The notes: generated from the sequence alone by a model not told the origin. 64,000 bases of DNA from an uncultured Oscillospiraceae bacterium (GCA_910588635.1 CAJUPW010000004.1:29823-93822); one strand, 5' to 3'; shown: positions 29,108-39,372, counted from the stretch's first letter. A program made the numbers and translations.

Positions 29108-29198
29108 AACCTGAGAATTTAGGGGCGGTGTAAGGGGAGCTCACCAAAACGGCCCAAAGATTTCTTTGGTTAAAGCGCGTGGAGGCAACATAACGCAT

Positions 29199-30209
29199 TT
29201 AACCCAGAGAGATGTCCCGGGTGGCAAAAGCGTTCAGGTCCCAGCCGGCGGTGTGCCCCGCCTGAAACTCGTAAAATCCCTGACAGCCGATCATGGCGGC
29301 GTTGTCCCCGCAGTATTTCAGCTCCGGGAGGAACAGCCTGTCCCCGCTGGCGGCGCAGGCGGCCTGGAGGTCCGCCCGGACGCGGCTGTTGGCGGCCACC
29401 CCCCCGGCCACGGCGATTTTGCCGTAACCCGTCATTTTGGCGGCGGCTATTACACGGGGGACAAGACTGTCGCTCACCGCTCGGCCGAAGCTGGCGGCAA
29501 AGGCGGGCAGGTCCAGGGCCTCGCCCTTCTGCTGGGCGTTGTGGATCAGGTTGAGGCTGGCGGTTTTCAGCCCGGAGAAGGACATATCCAGCTCAGCTCC
29601 GGCCACGTGAGCCACGGGCAGAACATATTTGCTGTCGTCTCCGCCTTGCGCCAGCTTGTCCATAGGGTCCCCTCCCGGGTAGCCCAGCCCCAGCACCCGG
29701 GCTACCTTGTCGAAGCACTCCCCGGCGGCGTCGTCCCGGGTGCCCCCCAGGACGGACATCTCGGTATAGGACCGTACATCCACAATGGCGGTGGTTCCCC
29801 CGGAGACGCACAGACAGACGAAGGGGGGCGTCAAATCCGGATGGGCGATGTAGTTGGCGGCGATGTGGCCCCGCACGTGGTGGACGGGGATGAGGGGCAG
29901 CCCCAGAGCCAGAGCCGCCCCCTTGGCAAAGTTGACACCCACCAGCACCGCGCCAATGAGGCCGGGGGCGTAGGTGACGGCGATGGCGTCAAGATCGGAC
30001 TTGGTCAGCCCGGCGTCGGACACCGCCTTGTCCGCCAGGCCGGCGACGGCCTCCACGTGCTTCCGGGAGGCAATCTCGGGCACCACGCCGCCGTAAATGG
30101 CATGCATCTCGATCTGGGAGGATACGCAGCCGGACAGCACCTCCCGTCCGTCCCTGACCACGGCGGCGGCGGTGTCGTCGCAGGAGGACTCAATGGCTAA
30201 AATGTTCAC
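29199..30209 (-). CDS. tsaD: tRNA t6A synthase TsaD
   Basis: IESSCDDT, GGVVPEIASRKH, HHVRGH, DDAAGECFDK, DNAAMIG. Confidence 0.96.
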   Translation of the reverse strand: MNILAIESSCDDTAAAVVRDGREVLSGCVSSQIEMHAIYGGVVPEIASRKHVEAVAGLADKAVSDAGLTKSDLDAIAVTYAPGLIGAVLVGVNFAKGAALALGLPLIPVHHVRGHIAANYIAHPDLTPPFVCLCVSGGTTAIVDVRSYTEMSVLGGTRDDAAGECFDKVARVLGLGYPGGDPMDKLAQGGDDSKYVLPVAHVAGAELDMSFSGLKTASLNLIHNAQQKGEALDLPAFAASFGRAVSDSLVPRVIAAAKMTGYGKIAVAGGVAANSRVRADLQAACAASGDRLFLPELKYCGDNAAMIGCQGFYEFQAGHTAGWDLNAFATRDISLG

Positions 30210-30670
30210 GCTTCTTCCTCCTTTTTAAACTCCCGGGTCATGATGACGGCGTCCTCCCGGGGGTGCTGGTAGTAGCCGGGGCGCAGGCCCGCCCACCGGA
30301 AGCCGTTTTTCTCGTAGAGGGCAATGGCCGCCGTGTTGGACTTGCGCACCTCCAGGGTGAGGAAGGCCAGGTTGATCTCGCCGAACCGGCAGAACACGTC
30401 CAGTAGGGCGGAGGCCACCCCGTGCCGCCGGGCGTCGGGATGAACGGCGATGTTGTCGATATACCCCTCGTCCAGCACGGCGTGGAGCCCGGCATAGCCC
30501 AGGACGTTGCCCTCCTCCTCGCTGTCCTGGGCCACGATAAAGCTGGCCTGGGGGTCGAACAGGGCGTCCTCCAGCAGGTTTTCGCTCCAGGGGTCTGAAA
30601 AGCACTCCCGTTCCAGGGCGGCGATCTGTGGGATGTGGCTGCGGTCCATGGGGACGATTTCGTAGTACAT
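30206..30670 (-). CDS. rimI: RimI-type N-acetyltransferase
   Basis: NIAVHP..RR.G, LEVRKSN..AI.LY...GF, R.GYY; GAGGAG RBS. Confidence 0.9.
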   Translation of the reverse strand: MYYEIVPMDRSHIPQIAALERECFSDPWSENLLEDALFDPQASFIVAQDSEEEGNVLGYAGLHAVLDEGYIDNIAVHPDARRHGVASALLDVFCRFGEINLAFLTLEVRKSNTAAIALYEKNGFRWAGLRPGYYQHPREDAVIMTREFKKEEEA

Positions 30671-30681
30671 AGAAAAACTCC

Positions 30682-30915
30682 TCAATGGTTCTTTTTGATC
30701 CTTATTACGGACAGTACAATCAAAATAATTCCAATTACATATGTGTACCAATATAAACAGCTATACATAAAAAAGAAGTCCCCAAATGTCATCTTCCCGA
30801 ATAGCGGTCCGCCGCTGTCAAGCAGGCTGCTGACAAGGCAGAAGCCCAGCGCAAACAAAAACGGGGCAAGCCCCAACAGCCGCAGGAGCTTCCAAATCCA
30901 TTTCCTGTTTTTCAT
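30682..30915 (-). CDS. Small AT-rich membrane protein
   Basis: Two hydrophobic segments; in-line with neighbouring genes. Confidence 0.65.
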   Translation of the reverse strand: MKNRKWIWKLLRLLGLAPFLFALGFCLVSSLLDSGGPLFGKMTFGDFFFMYSCLYWYTYVIGIILIVLSVIRIKKNH

Positions 30916-31557
30916 TCAGGCCGCCCCTATGAGCACCCGCAAGGCCAGCCGGCCGAAGTGGCGGGCGGTGGTATAGACGGCATAGCGGGTGGTGGTCTGG
31001 ACCGGATAGGCGTCCTCCCCCCAGTCCTGAGAGGAAGCGGGAGCGGGGCCCTCGTAGACCGTATAGGGGGCCAGACGGCGCTCCAGCGCCCGGACGGTGG
31101 GGATGTCTGTCTCCGTGACTCCGGCCAGCCCGTACCGGGCCAGAATGCCCTGAACAAAGGTGACGCAGGTGTAGGCCTTGGAGATGGCGGGCCGCAGGTG
31201 GATCAGGGAGGCCAGGGCGGCGGGGGTGTTGTAGATATACTCCTCCCGCTCGCTCCAAAGCCGTTCCAGGTAGTTGCGCAGATAGGTAAACCGGGGCTCG
31301 GGCACCTCCACACGGCATATTTTCACCTTGGCTTCCCCGGCGAAGGACTGGTAGCGCAGGATGGACTCGGCCACAAAGCCGCCGTACAGGGGAATGGTCC
31401 TGTGGAGGCGGGCGAAGGAGTACATCTTGTGGATATCCCGGCTGAGGGAGAGGGACACATGGTTATAGCGGTTCCGGGTAGCTTTACGGATAACGCTGCC
31501 CATCCCGGTGGGGGTGGCGGAAAAGACGATATAGATTGCGTTATCCACGGGCGTCAC
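30916..31557 (-). CDS. Hypothetical protein, permuted papain/NlpC-P60-like
   Basis: YNHVSLS in N-half, YN and YTCVTFV in C-half (His before Cys). Confidence 0.6.
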   Translation of the reverse strand: MTPVDNAIYIVFSATPTGMGSVIRKATRNRYNHVSLSLSRDIHKMYSFARLHRTIPLYGGFVAESILRYQSFAGEAKVKICRVEVPEPRFTYLRNYLERLWSEREEYIYNTPAALASLIHLRPAISKAYTCVTFVQGILARYGLAGVTETDIPTVRALERRLAPYTVYEGPAPASSQDWGEDAYPVQTTTRYAVYTTARHFGRLALRVLIGAA

Positions 31558-31930
31558 CCCGCTTATAGAGCCGATGAAAGCTGTATCCCGCCCAGGCTAG
31601 GGCGCATCCCGCCGCCGGGGCGGCGGACAGGGCAAGAAAGATAGCCCAGCCCAGGGCGTTCCAGCCTGTGTTAAGAAACATCTGGATCAGGCACAGCAGA
31701 CACCAGCCAATCAGCAGAACAGCGGGCAGCGCGGCCGCCCATTTCCGCTTTATGTTCCGGCAGAGCAGGAGCTGAAAGCAAAACGCCGGTATCACAGGGG
31801 CGGCGTACCAGAGGAACACAAATTCCCCGGGAGGAAAGGATACATCCTGCAAAACAAAGAACAGAAGGAAATAGCCGGTGATAGAAACAGCGCAAAGAAG
31901 CGACAATATTTTGTCGGTGCGGCTTTTCAT
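31541..31930 (-). CDS. Hypothetical four-TM membrane protein
   Basis: AAGGAGG RBS; hydrophobic; lower GC than flanks. Confidence 0.7.
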   Translation of the reverse strand: MKSRTDKILSLLCAVSITGYFLLFFVLQDVSFPPGEFVFLWYAAPVIPAFCFQLLLCRNIKRKWAAALPAVLLIGWCLLCLIQMFLNTGWNALGWAIFLALSAAPAAGCALAWAGYSFHRLYKRGDARG

Positions 31931-32070
31931 GGGACAGCCTCCTTTACATCAAGGCGGATAGGGTCAGCCTCAGTATATCAGAGGAAGGAATCCTCCACAA
32001 CCGATTTGGGACAGCCGGTCGTTTTTGGCGGATAAGTGGTCAAAATCTTTCCGTCCCAGCCGCAGCGGGC

Positions 32071-32173
32071 AAGGCTTCCCCTTTAGGGGAAGCTGTCAGC
32101 CGAAGGCTGACTGATGAGGAAAACGGCCTCACCCGCCCCCTCCGGGGGCACCTTCCCCTAAAGGGGAAGGCTT
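32071..32173. repeat. Palindromic REP/MITE-like element
   Basis: 24-bp terminal inverted repeats (2 mismatches), each self-palindromic CTTCCCC-N4-GGGGAAG; inner hairpin GTCAGCC-GAA-GGCTGAC. Confidence 0.7.
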
Positions 32174-32193
32174 TTCCTGCGGGGGACGGGGAT

Positions 32194-34863
32194 TTAGTGC
32201 GCCTCCGCCCAGGTTTTCCCGGCGTGGGTCTCGGCCAGGAGGGGGACGCTCAAAGCGGCCACGCCCTCCATCTCCTCCTCCACTAATTTGCAGATGGCCT
32301 CGGCCTCGGCCTCGGGGCACTCCACGATGAGCTCGTCGTGGACCTGGAGGACCAGCCTGCCCTCCAGCCCCTCGGCCTGGAGCCGGTCCCGGACCCTTAT
32401 CATGGCCAGCTTGATGATATCGGCGGCGGCGCCCTGGATGGGAGCGTTGAGGGCCACCCGCTCCCCGAAGGAGCGGGTGTTGAAGCTGGAGGACCTGATC
32501 TCGGGAATCCACCGCCGCCGGCCCCAGAGGGTGGACACATATCCGGCCTTTTTGGCCTGCTCCACCACCCCGTCCATATAGGCGCGCACCCCGGCGTAGT
32601 GGGCGAAATAGCGCTCCATATACTCCTTGGCCTCCTGGACGGAGACGCCGATGTCCTGGGACAGGGAGAAGGGGGAAATTCCGTAGACGATGCCGAAGTT
32701 CACCGCCTTGGCGCTCCGCCGCATCTGGGGGGTGACTTCTTCTGCGGGTACGCCAAAGACCTGGGAGGCGGTGATGGTGTGGATGTCCTCGCCGGATTGG
32801 AAGCCGTCGATCATGGCCTGGTCCCCGGCCATATGGGCCAGAAGGCGCAGCTCGATCTGGGAGTAGTCGGCGTCCACCAGCACCTTCCCCGCCGGGGCGG
32901 CAAACATCTTGCGCAGCTCAGCCCCCAGCTCGGTGTGCACGGGGATGTTCTGCAGATTGGGTTCGGTGGAGCTGAGCCGCCCGGTGGCGGTAACGGTGTT
33001 CTGGAAGGAGGTATGGATGCGTCCGTCCGGGCCGGCGACCTTGCCCAGGCCGTCCACATAGGTGGATTTCAGCTTGGTGAGCTGGCGGTACTCCAGAATG
33101 CTGTCGATGATGGGATGCCGGCCCCGGAGCTTGTCCAGCACGTCGGCGTTGGTGGAGTAGCCCGTCTTGGTCTTTTTCACCGGGGGCAGGCCCAGCTTGT
33201 CGAAGAGGATTCCACCCAGCTGCTGAGTGGAATTGATGTTGAAGGTGTCCTCCCCAGCCAGGGCGTAAATGGTCTTTTGCACCTCGTCGATCCGTTCGGA
33301 CAGCATGCCGCCAAACTCTGCCAGGGCCCCTCGGTCGATAAGGAAGCCCTCAGTCTCCATCTCAGCCAGCACCGGGCACAGGGGCAGGTCCACCTTCTCA
33401 TACAGCTCCCACATACCCAGCTCCCGCAGCCGCTTTTCCATAACCTCACGGAGCGCCCCGATCCAGGCGCAGTGGGACATGAGGGCGGCCAGAGGGGCCG
33501 TGGGGTCGGACAGAGGGCCGAAGGCCCCCTCGTCCAGGTAGGCGGAGGCCGGGCCGGCCTGGGTCTTGAAGTAGGTAAGCACCAGCTTTTCCAGCTCGTA
33601 GCCGCCGTCGGTGGGAGCCAGGAGGTAGGCGGCCACCTCGGTATCAAAGACGAAGCCGGCGGGGGAGATCCCCTCGGCCAGCAGGGCCCGGCACAGGTTT
33701 TTCAGACCGTGGACCGTCTTTTTGATGGCCGGGTCGGAGAAAAAGCCCCGGAGGAAGTCGTTGTGGCAGTCCAGCTTGTCGGCGAAGAACAGGGCGGCGC
33801 AGCCGCTGTTCTCTCCCTCCCGCCACTCCACGCACACCACGTCCAGCCCGGGCAGGGCCAGCACATCCACAGCCTCCTTTGCCCGCCACAGCTCCAGCAG
33901 CTCCTCCATCCGCCCCCGGCTGTCCACAGTTTCGCTGGTGCAGGTCCCCTCAAAGACGGGGGCCTCCTCCGCCGCCGCCCTCTGTGGGGCGGCGAGGTGG
34001 TACTTGTCGATGAGCTTGGAGAACTCCAGGTTCAGGAAGAGCTCATACAGCCTGCCGTTGTCCGGCTCCCGGCACAGATTGTCCTCGGGGCTGAAGTTGA
34101 TGGGGGCGTCGGTGCGGATGGTGGCCAGATTGTAGGACAGCCGGGCGTCCGCCTCGCCCTCGGCGAGCTTTTTGAGGACGGCCGGCTTGGCGTCGATGTC
34201 GGGGAGCTTGTCATAAATGGCGTCGATGGTGCGGTACTGCCGAATGAGGGACATGGCGGTCTTTTCCCCCACGCCCTTCACGCCGGGGTAGTTGTCGGAG
34301 GAGTCCCCCATAAGGGCCTTCAGGTCGATGATGCTTTTGGGGTCGAAGCCGTACTCCTCCCGAAAGGAATCGGGGGTCACGTCCCGGGTGGTGGTGCGGC
34401 CCATGCGGGTGGACACCAGCTTGACGGTGGTGCGCTCCGTCACCAGCTGGAGGGAGTCCTTGTCTCCGGTGACGATGGCGGTCTCCCACCCGGCCGCCTC
34501 GTCCAGCCGGGCGATGGTGCCCAGCAGGTCGTCGGCCTCCCAGCCGTCCAGCTCGTACATGGGGATGTTCATAGCCCCCAGCACGTCCTTCAAAATGGGC
34601 ATCTGGCCGGCCAGCTCCTCGGGCATCCCCTTGCGGTTGGCCTTGTAGCCCTCGTAGGCTGTGTGACGGAAGGTGGGAGCCGCCCGGTCAAAGGTGACGC
34701 ACAGAGCGTCGGGGGCAGCCTCGTCCAGCAGCTTGTTCAGAATGTTCAGAAAGCCGAAAATGGCGTTGGTGGGCTGGCCCTCCCGGGTGGTCAGATTCTG
34801 GCTCACCCCGTAGAAGGCCCGGTTGACGATGGAATTGCCGTCGAGAACCATCAATTTCTTCAT
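32194..34863 (-). CDS. polA: DNA polymerase I
   Basis: LDGNS, EADD, TGRLSSTEPNLQNIP, DYSQIELR, KAVNFGIVYG, QVHDE. Confidence 0.97.
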   Translation of the reverse strand: MKKLMVLDGNSIVNRAFYGVSQNLTTREGQPTNAIFGFLNILNKLLDEAAPDALCVTFDRAAPTFRHTAYEGYKANRKGMPEELAGQMPILKDVLGAMNIPMYELDGWEADDLLGTIARLDEAAGWETAIVTGDKDSLQLVTERTTVKLVSTRMGRTTTRDVTPDSFREEYGFDPKSIIDLKALMGDSSDNYPGVKGVGEKTAMSLIRQYRTIDAIYDKLPDIDAKPAVLKKLAEGEADARLSYNLATIRTDAPINFSPEDNLCREPDNGRLYELFLNLEFSKLIDKYHLAAPQRAAAEEAPVFEGTCTSETVDSRGRMEELLELWRAKEAVDVLALPGLDVVCVEWREGENSGCAALFFADKLDCHNDFLRGFFSDPAIKKTVHGLKNLCRALLAEGISPAGFVFDTEVAAYLLAPTDGGYELEKLVLTYFKTQAGPASAYLDEGAFGPLSDPTAPLAALMSHCAWIGALREVMEKRLRELGMWELYEKVDLPLCPVLAEMETEGFLIDRGALAEFGGMLSERIDEVQKTIYALAGEDTFNINSTQQLGGILFDKLGLPPVKKTKTGYSTNADVLDKLRGRHPIIDSILEYRQLTKLKSTYVDGLGKVAGPDGRIHTSFQNTVTATGRLSSTEPNLQNIPVHTELGAELRKMFAAPAGKVLVDADYSQIELRLLAHMAGDQAMIDGFQSGEDIHTITASQVFGVPAEEVTPQMRRSAKAVNFGIVYGISPFSLSQDIGVSVQEAKEYMERYFAHYAGVRAYMDGVVEQAKKAGYVSTLWGRRRWIPEIRSSSFNTRSFGERVALNAPIQGAAADIIKLAMIRVRDRLQAEGLEGRLVLQVHDELIVECPEAEAEAICKLVEEEMEGVAALSVPLLAETHAGKTWAEAH

Positions 34864-35007
34864 GGCGGAAATCTCCCTCAGCTGTCGCAGAATTTCAATA
34901 TGATAGTATACCAGCTTTTGGGCCGGCGGGCAAGAAAACATGGCTTTTTTTCTCTGGGATTTTGTGCTATACTGTCAGCAAACCATTTCACGCCTTTGGA
35001 GGAGCCT

Positions 35008-36498
35008 ATGCTGTTCAATTCCATCGACTTTCTGCTGTTTTTTCCACTGGTGACGGCGGCGTATTTTTTGCTGCCCCACCGGGTGCGGTGGGTGTGGCTG
35101 CTCGCTGCCAGCTACTATTTTTACATGTGCTGGAACGTGAAATACGTCCTGCTCATCGTCCTGTCCACCCTCACCACCTACGCCGCCGGCCTGCTGATCC
35201 GCCGGGCGGAGGCCGTCCCCGACGAAAAACGCCGGGTACGGCTAAAAAAGCTGTGGGTGTTTTTCGGCTTCGCGGTCAACCTGTCCATCCTCTTTTTCTT
35301 CAAATACTTCAACTTTTTTCTGGACAACCTGTCCGCCGCTTTGGCGCTGGCGGGCCTCGCTTTCAAGCGGCCGGCTTTTGACGTGGTGCTCCCGGTGGGC
35401 ATCTCCTTCTACACCTTCCAGGCCCTGTCCTACACGGTGGACGTTTACCGGGGTGAGGTGGAGCCGGAAAAGAATCCCTTCCGGTACGCCCTGTTTGTCT
35501 CGTTTTTTCCCCAGCTGGTGGCCGGACCCATTGAGCGCTCCGAGCACCTGATGGGCCAGCTCTATGAGCGGCACGACTTCGACCCGGACCGGGCGCGGGA
35601 CGGGCTGCTGCTTATGCTGTGGGGGATGTTTGAGAAAATCGTGGTGGCCGACCGGCTGGCCTTGCTGGTGGACTTCGTCTACGACAACTACGCCCAGCTC
35701 CCCGGCGCGGCGGTGGCTCTTGCCACCGTGTTCTTTGCTTTTCAGATATACTGCGACTTTGCCGGCTACTCCCACATCGCCATCGGAGCGGCCCAGGTGA
35801 TGGGCTTTACCCTGATGGAAAACTTCCGCCGGCCCTATCTGGCCCGGTCTGCGGCGGAGTTCTGGCGGCGGTGGCACATCTCCCTGTCCACCTGGTTCCG
35901 GGACTACCTGTACATCCCACTGGGGGGAAACCGGAAGGGGAGAGAGCGGAAGTACTGCAACACCATGGTCACCTTTCTGGTCAGCGGCCTGTGGCATGGG
36001 GCCAACTGGAGCTTTGTGGTCTGGGGCGGACTGAACGGGGCCTACCAGGTGATCGGCGAGCTGCTCCGCCCGGCCCGGGAGCGGGCGTGCCGCGTCCTGC
36101 ATATCCGCCGGGAACGCCCCTTCTGGCGTCTGGCGAGTACAGTGTTCACCTTCTGCCTGGTGGACTTCGCCTGGCTGTTCTTCCGGGCGCCCTCCTTCTC
36201 CGCCGCCCGGCGGATGGTGGTCCATATGTTCACCCAGCCCCACCCCTTTGTGCTGATGGGGCAGCTCTTCACGCTGCAGCTGGATAAGCTCAATTTCCTG
36301 GCGGCGGCGGGGGGGATCGGGGTGCTGCTGTGCGCCGACCTGCTCCAGGAGCGGTACGGCCCCTTGCGGCCCTGTATCACCCGTCAGGCGCTGCCGGTGC
36401 GGTGGGCGGTCTATCTGGCCGGGGTGCTGGCGGTGCTGATTTTCGGCATCTACGGCCCGGGATACGACGCCAGGGCCTTTGCCTACTTCCAGTTCTAG
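35008..36498 (+). CDS. MBOAT O-acyltransferase (AlgI/PatA-like)
   Basis: PVGISFYTFQ, FFPQLVAGPIER, WRRWHISLSTWFRDYLYIPLGGNR, SGLWHGA; GGAGG RBS. Confidence 0.93.
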   Translation: MLFNSIDFLLFFPLVTAAYFLLPHRVRWVWLLAASYYFYMCWNVKYVLLIVLSTLTTYAAGLLIRRAEAVPDEKRRVRLKKLWVFFGFAVNLSILFFFKYFNFFLDNLSAALALAGLAFKRPAFDVVLPVGISFYTFQALSYTVDVYRGEVEPEKNPFRYALFVSFFPQLVAGPIERSEHLMGQLYERHDFDPDRARDGLLLMLWGMFEKIVVADRLALLVDFVYDNYAQLPGAAVALATVFFAFQIYCDFAGYSHIAIGAAQVMGFTLMENFRRPYLARSAAEFWRRWHISLSTWFRDYLYIPLGGNRKGRERKYCNTMVTFLVSGLWHGANWSFVVWGGLNGAYQVIGELLRPARERACRVLHIRRERPFWRLASTVFTFCLVDFAWLFFRAPSFSAARRMVVHMFTQPHPFVLMGQLFTLQLDKLNFLAAAGGIGVLLCADLLQERYGPLRPCITRQALPVRWAVYLAGVLAVLIFGIYGPGYDARAFAYFQF

Positions 36499-36508
36499 GG
36501 GGCGCGGC

Positions 36509-37549
36509 ATGAAACATAAAAAATTAAGATTTTTCTGCTCCGCCCTGGCATTCTTGGCGCTGCTCACCCTGATCCTGATCCCCCTGAGCCGGCTGCTGGC
36601 CCGGAAGTCCCTGGCTCTGCCCTGGAACACCACCACCAAGATCAGCGGCTTTTACAATGAAGAACAGAACCAGTTTGAGGTGATGTTCTTCGGCTCCAGC
36701 CACGCCTACGCCGCGTTCAGTCCCCTGGAGCTGTGGGAGGAGACGGGGGTGAAGAGCTATGTGTTCGCCACCCAGCAGCAGCCCCTGTGGGCCACCTACA
36801 CCTATATAAAGGAGGCCCTCAAGACCCAATCCCCCTCCCTGGTGGTGGTGGAGTGCCGCATGGCTTTCGGCGATCAGGAGTACTACGACGAGGGGGTCAA
36901 CTTCTCTTATATGGACGACATCCCCTTGAGCTGGAACAAGGCGGAGCTGGCCCTCCGGTCCGTCCCGGACACTGAGGGGCGGCTGGCGCTGCTGTTCAAC
37001 TTCATGATGTACCACGACCGCTGGAACGATCTGCACCGCCAGGACTTTACCTTCCGGCGCTCCCAGGCCCGGGACCCCTACAAGGGCTATGTGATGCTCC
37101 CCCCGAAGAAGGAGCCCTGGCCCCGTCCGGACGTTGAGGCGGTGGCCGGACAGACCCCGCTGCTGGAGAAGAACCGATACTGGCTGGAGGAGATTGTCCG
37201 GCTGTGTCAGGAGGAGGGGGTGGCCCTGTGGCTGGTCAAGACGCCCTCCAATCTGGAGCCGGAGGAGAAAGCTCTGCTCAACTCGGTGGAGGACGCCGCG
37301 GCCCGGCTGGGCGTGCCCTTCCACGACTTCAATGAGGACTACGCCGCCATCGGTCTGAGCGAGGACATGTTCCACGACGAGCACCACCTGGACGCCTTCG
37401 GAGCCTCCCGGTTCACCCGGTTCTTCGCACGGGCGCTGACGGAGGGCTGGCCGGAGCTGAGAGCCGACTGGGAGGACCCGGCCTGGACGGCGGACATGGC
37501 AGTCTATCAGGAGGAGCTGGAGCGCTACCGCTCCGGCGTGACCGGGTGA
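36509..37549 (+). CDS. Membrane-anchored SGNH-like acyltransferase partner
   Basis: N-terminal TM helix, FFGSSH, DEHH (DxxH); follows the MBOAT gene. Confidence 0.75.
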   Translation: MKHKKLRFFCSALAFLALLTLILIPLSRLLARKSLALPWNTTTKISGFYNEEQNQFEVMFFGSSHAYAAFSPLELWEETGVKSYVFATQQQPLWATYTYIKEALKTQSPSLVVVECRMAFGDQEYYDEGVNFSYMDDIPLSWNKAELALRSVPDTEGRLALLFNFMMYHDRWNDLHRQDFTFRRSQARDPYKGYVMLPPKKEPWPRPDVEAVAGQTPLLEKNRYWLEEIVRLCQEEGVALWLVKTPSNLEPEEKALLNSVEDAAARLGVPFHDFNEDYAAIGLSEDMFHDEHHLDAFGASRFTRFFARALTEGWPELRADWEDPAWTADMAVYQEELERYRSGVTG

Positions 37550-37691
37550 TACACCCCCCGGCTTTCCCCCCAAAAGGAGGGGGGAGGGCCGGGGGTTTTC
37601 TCGCTGTTTTGCCCATTGACTTCCCAAATCCCGGTGCGTATAATACAGGGACGCCCGGAAAAGCCGGGCTTTCTGTCTGGGAGGAAGAAAA

Positions 37692-38870
37692 ATGGATTAT
37701 ACATACTTACTGCTGCTGGCCCTTGTGCTGCTGTCCACCAAGGTGTTCGGTCTGGCCACCGAGCACGTCCACCTGCCCCAGGTGGTGGGGGCGCTGCTGG
37801 CCGGCATCATCATGGGCCCAAGCGGCTTTGGGGTGCTCCAGAGCACCGATTTTCTGGTAAAAACGGCGGAGATCGGCGTCATCATGCTCATGTTCACCGC
37901 CGGCATCGACACCGACATGAAGGAGCTGAAGGAGACCGGCGTCAGGGCCAGTGTCATCGCCGTGCTGGGGGTGTTCGTCCCCCTGTTTTTGTGCGGCTGG
38001 CTGTACTTCGTCTTCTTCTGCGGGGGAGAGTTTACCCCTTATAACCTGCTCAGGTCCGCCTTCATGGGCTCAGTGTTCTCCGCCACCTCTGTTTCCATCA
38101 CGGTGGAGACCCTGAATGAGATGGGCAAGCTGAAAACCAGGACGGGGACCACGCTGCTCAGCGCCGCCCTCATCGATGACATCATCGGCATTGTGGTGCT
38201 GTCCATTCTCAGCGCTTTCAGCTCCGGGGAGTCCAACCCGGTGTCGGTGCTGATCCATATTGTGCTGTTCTTCGCCTTTGTGCTGGTGGTGGGCATGGTG
38301 GTCCGCCGGATATTCACCTTCGTGGCCGAGGAGCACTGGCACAGCCGCCGGGTGGCGGTGTGGGCGCTGGCCTTCTGCCTGCTCATGGCCTACTGCGCCG
38401 AGGCGTGGTTCGGTGTAGCCGATATCACCGGGGCCTACTTCGCCGGGCTGATCCTGTGCAACGTGACAAAGGCCCGGAAGTTCGTGGCCAAGAAGTTCAC
38501 CGTCGCGTCCTACATGGTGTTCACTCCGGTGTTTTTCGCCGGCGTGGGCATGAAAACCAACCTGAGGGATATGAACTCCAATATTCTGGTGTTCGCATTG
38601 TTGCTGGTACTGGCCGCCGTACTGTCCAAAGTGATCGGCTGCGGGCTGGGCGGCCTGGCTTGCCGCATGAGCCGCCACCAATCCCTGGTGGTAGGCATCG
38701 GCATGGTGGCCCGGAGCGAGGTGGCCCTGATGGTAGCCCAGCGGGGCATCAGCGCCGGGATGATCGACGAGTCCATCCTGCCCGCTATCGTTCTGGCGGT
38801 GATCGCTTCCGCGCTGCTGACGCCGGTTCTGCTGAAGCTGTCAATCTCCAGAGGGCCGGAGCTGGCCTGA
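37692..38870 (+). CDS. CPA2 cation:proton antiporter
   Basis: PQVVG.LLAG..GP, ATSVSITV, AALIDDI, PVFF, GM..RSEVAL. Confidence 0.9.
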   Translation: MDYTYLLLLALVLLSTKVFGLATEHVHLPQVVGALLAGIIMGPSGFGVLQSTDFLVKTAEIGVIMLMFTAGIDTDMKELKETGVRASVIAVLGVFVPLFLCGWLYFVFFCGGEFTPYNLLRSAFMGSVFSATSVSITVETLNEMGKLKTRTGTTLLSAALIDDIIGIVVLSILSAFSSGESNPVSVLIHIVLFFAFVLVVGMVVRRIFTFVAEEHWHSRRVAVWALAFCLLMAYCAEAWFGVADITGAYFAGLILCNVTKARKFVAKKFTVASYMVFTPVFFAGVGMKTNLRDMNSNILVFALLLVLAAVLSKVIGCGLGGLACRMSRHQSLVVGIGMVARSEVALMVAQRGISAGMIDESILPAIVLAVIASALLTPVLLKLSISRGPELA

Positions 38871-38871
38871 G

Positions 38872-38909
38872 AAAACTCCCATCCGTCCTGAGACGGATGG
38901 GAGTTTTTG
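38872..38909 (+). terminator. Intrinsic terminator
   Basis: AAAACTCCCATCCGTC-CTGA-GACGGATGGGAGTTTTT. Confidence 0.85.
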
Positions 38910-39003
38910 CTGTATGCGCCGGGGACTTGTTTTGTCTCAGAATGAAAACAGGCGGCTGTCCGGGTCGGACGGCCGCCTGAAAACTGGAATCTGTACGCTG
39001 TGA

Positions 39004-39372
39004 TTATTGAGCCCGCGCCAGCTTTTGGATGGCCTGCTCTCTGGTTGCGGTAAAAAAGATGTCTTTGCCCTGGTTGGACTCGTAGATAAAGTCCTTGAGG
39101 GGCTTGCTGGTGTAGTGGGAATAGTCGCCGTAGATGGCGGCTTTCACATGGTAGTTGATGAATTTTTGGAGAATTTCCCCGGCAATCCCGGTGCTGAGGA
39201 TGAAAAATTCCTCGCAGATCAGCTCCTTGGGGATGACGATCCGCTCCGCGCCCGTCTCATATTTGACCGACATCATCAGGTCCAGGGCGGACTGCACGCC
39301 GGTAATCACCGCTTCGTCGCTGGAAATCACCGCAAGGTCAATTCCGTTTTCGTTGAGATGTTCGATTTTCAT
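39004..39372 (-). CDS. DUF4180 family protein
   Basis: [37 protein letters not shown]. Confidence 0.88.
   Translation of the reverse strand: MKIEHLNENGIDLAVISSDEAVITGVQSALDLMMSVKYETGAERIVIPKELICEEFFILSTGIAGEILQKFINYHVKAAIYGDYSHYTSKPLKDFIYESNQGKDIFFTATREQAIQKLARAQ

Noticed and set aside
29030..29160. oriC
   Set aside because: Only four boxes, and no dnaA, dnaN or rpmH nearby
32338..35007. Apparent long N-terminal extension of the MBOAT protein (also NhaC from 18069 and NiaR from 57778)
   Set aside because: Extensions are antisense to polA, the helicase and proS; RBS-supported starts lie at 35008, 19914 and 59233
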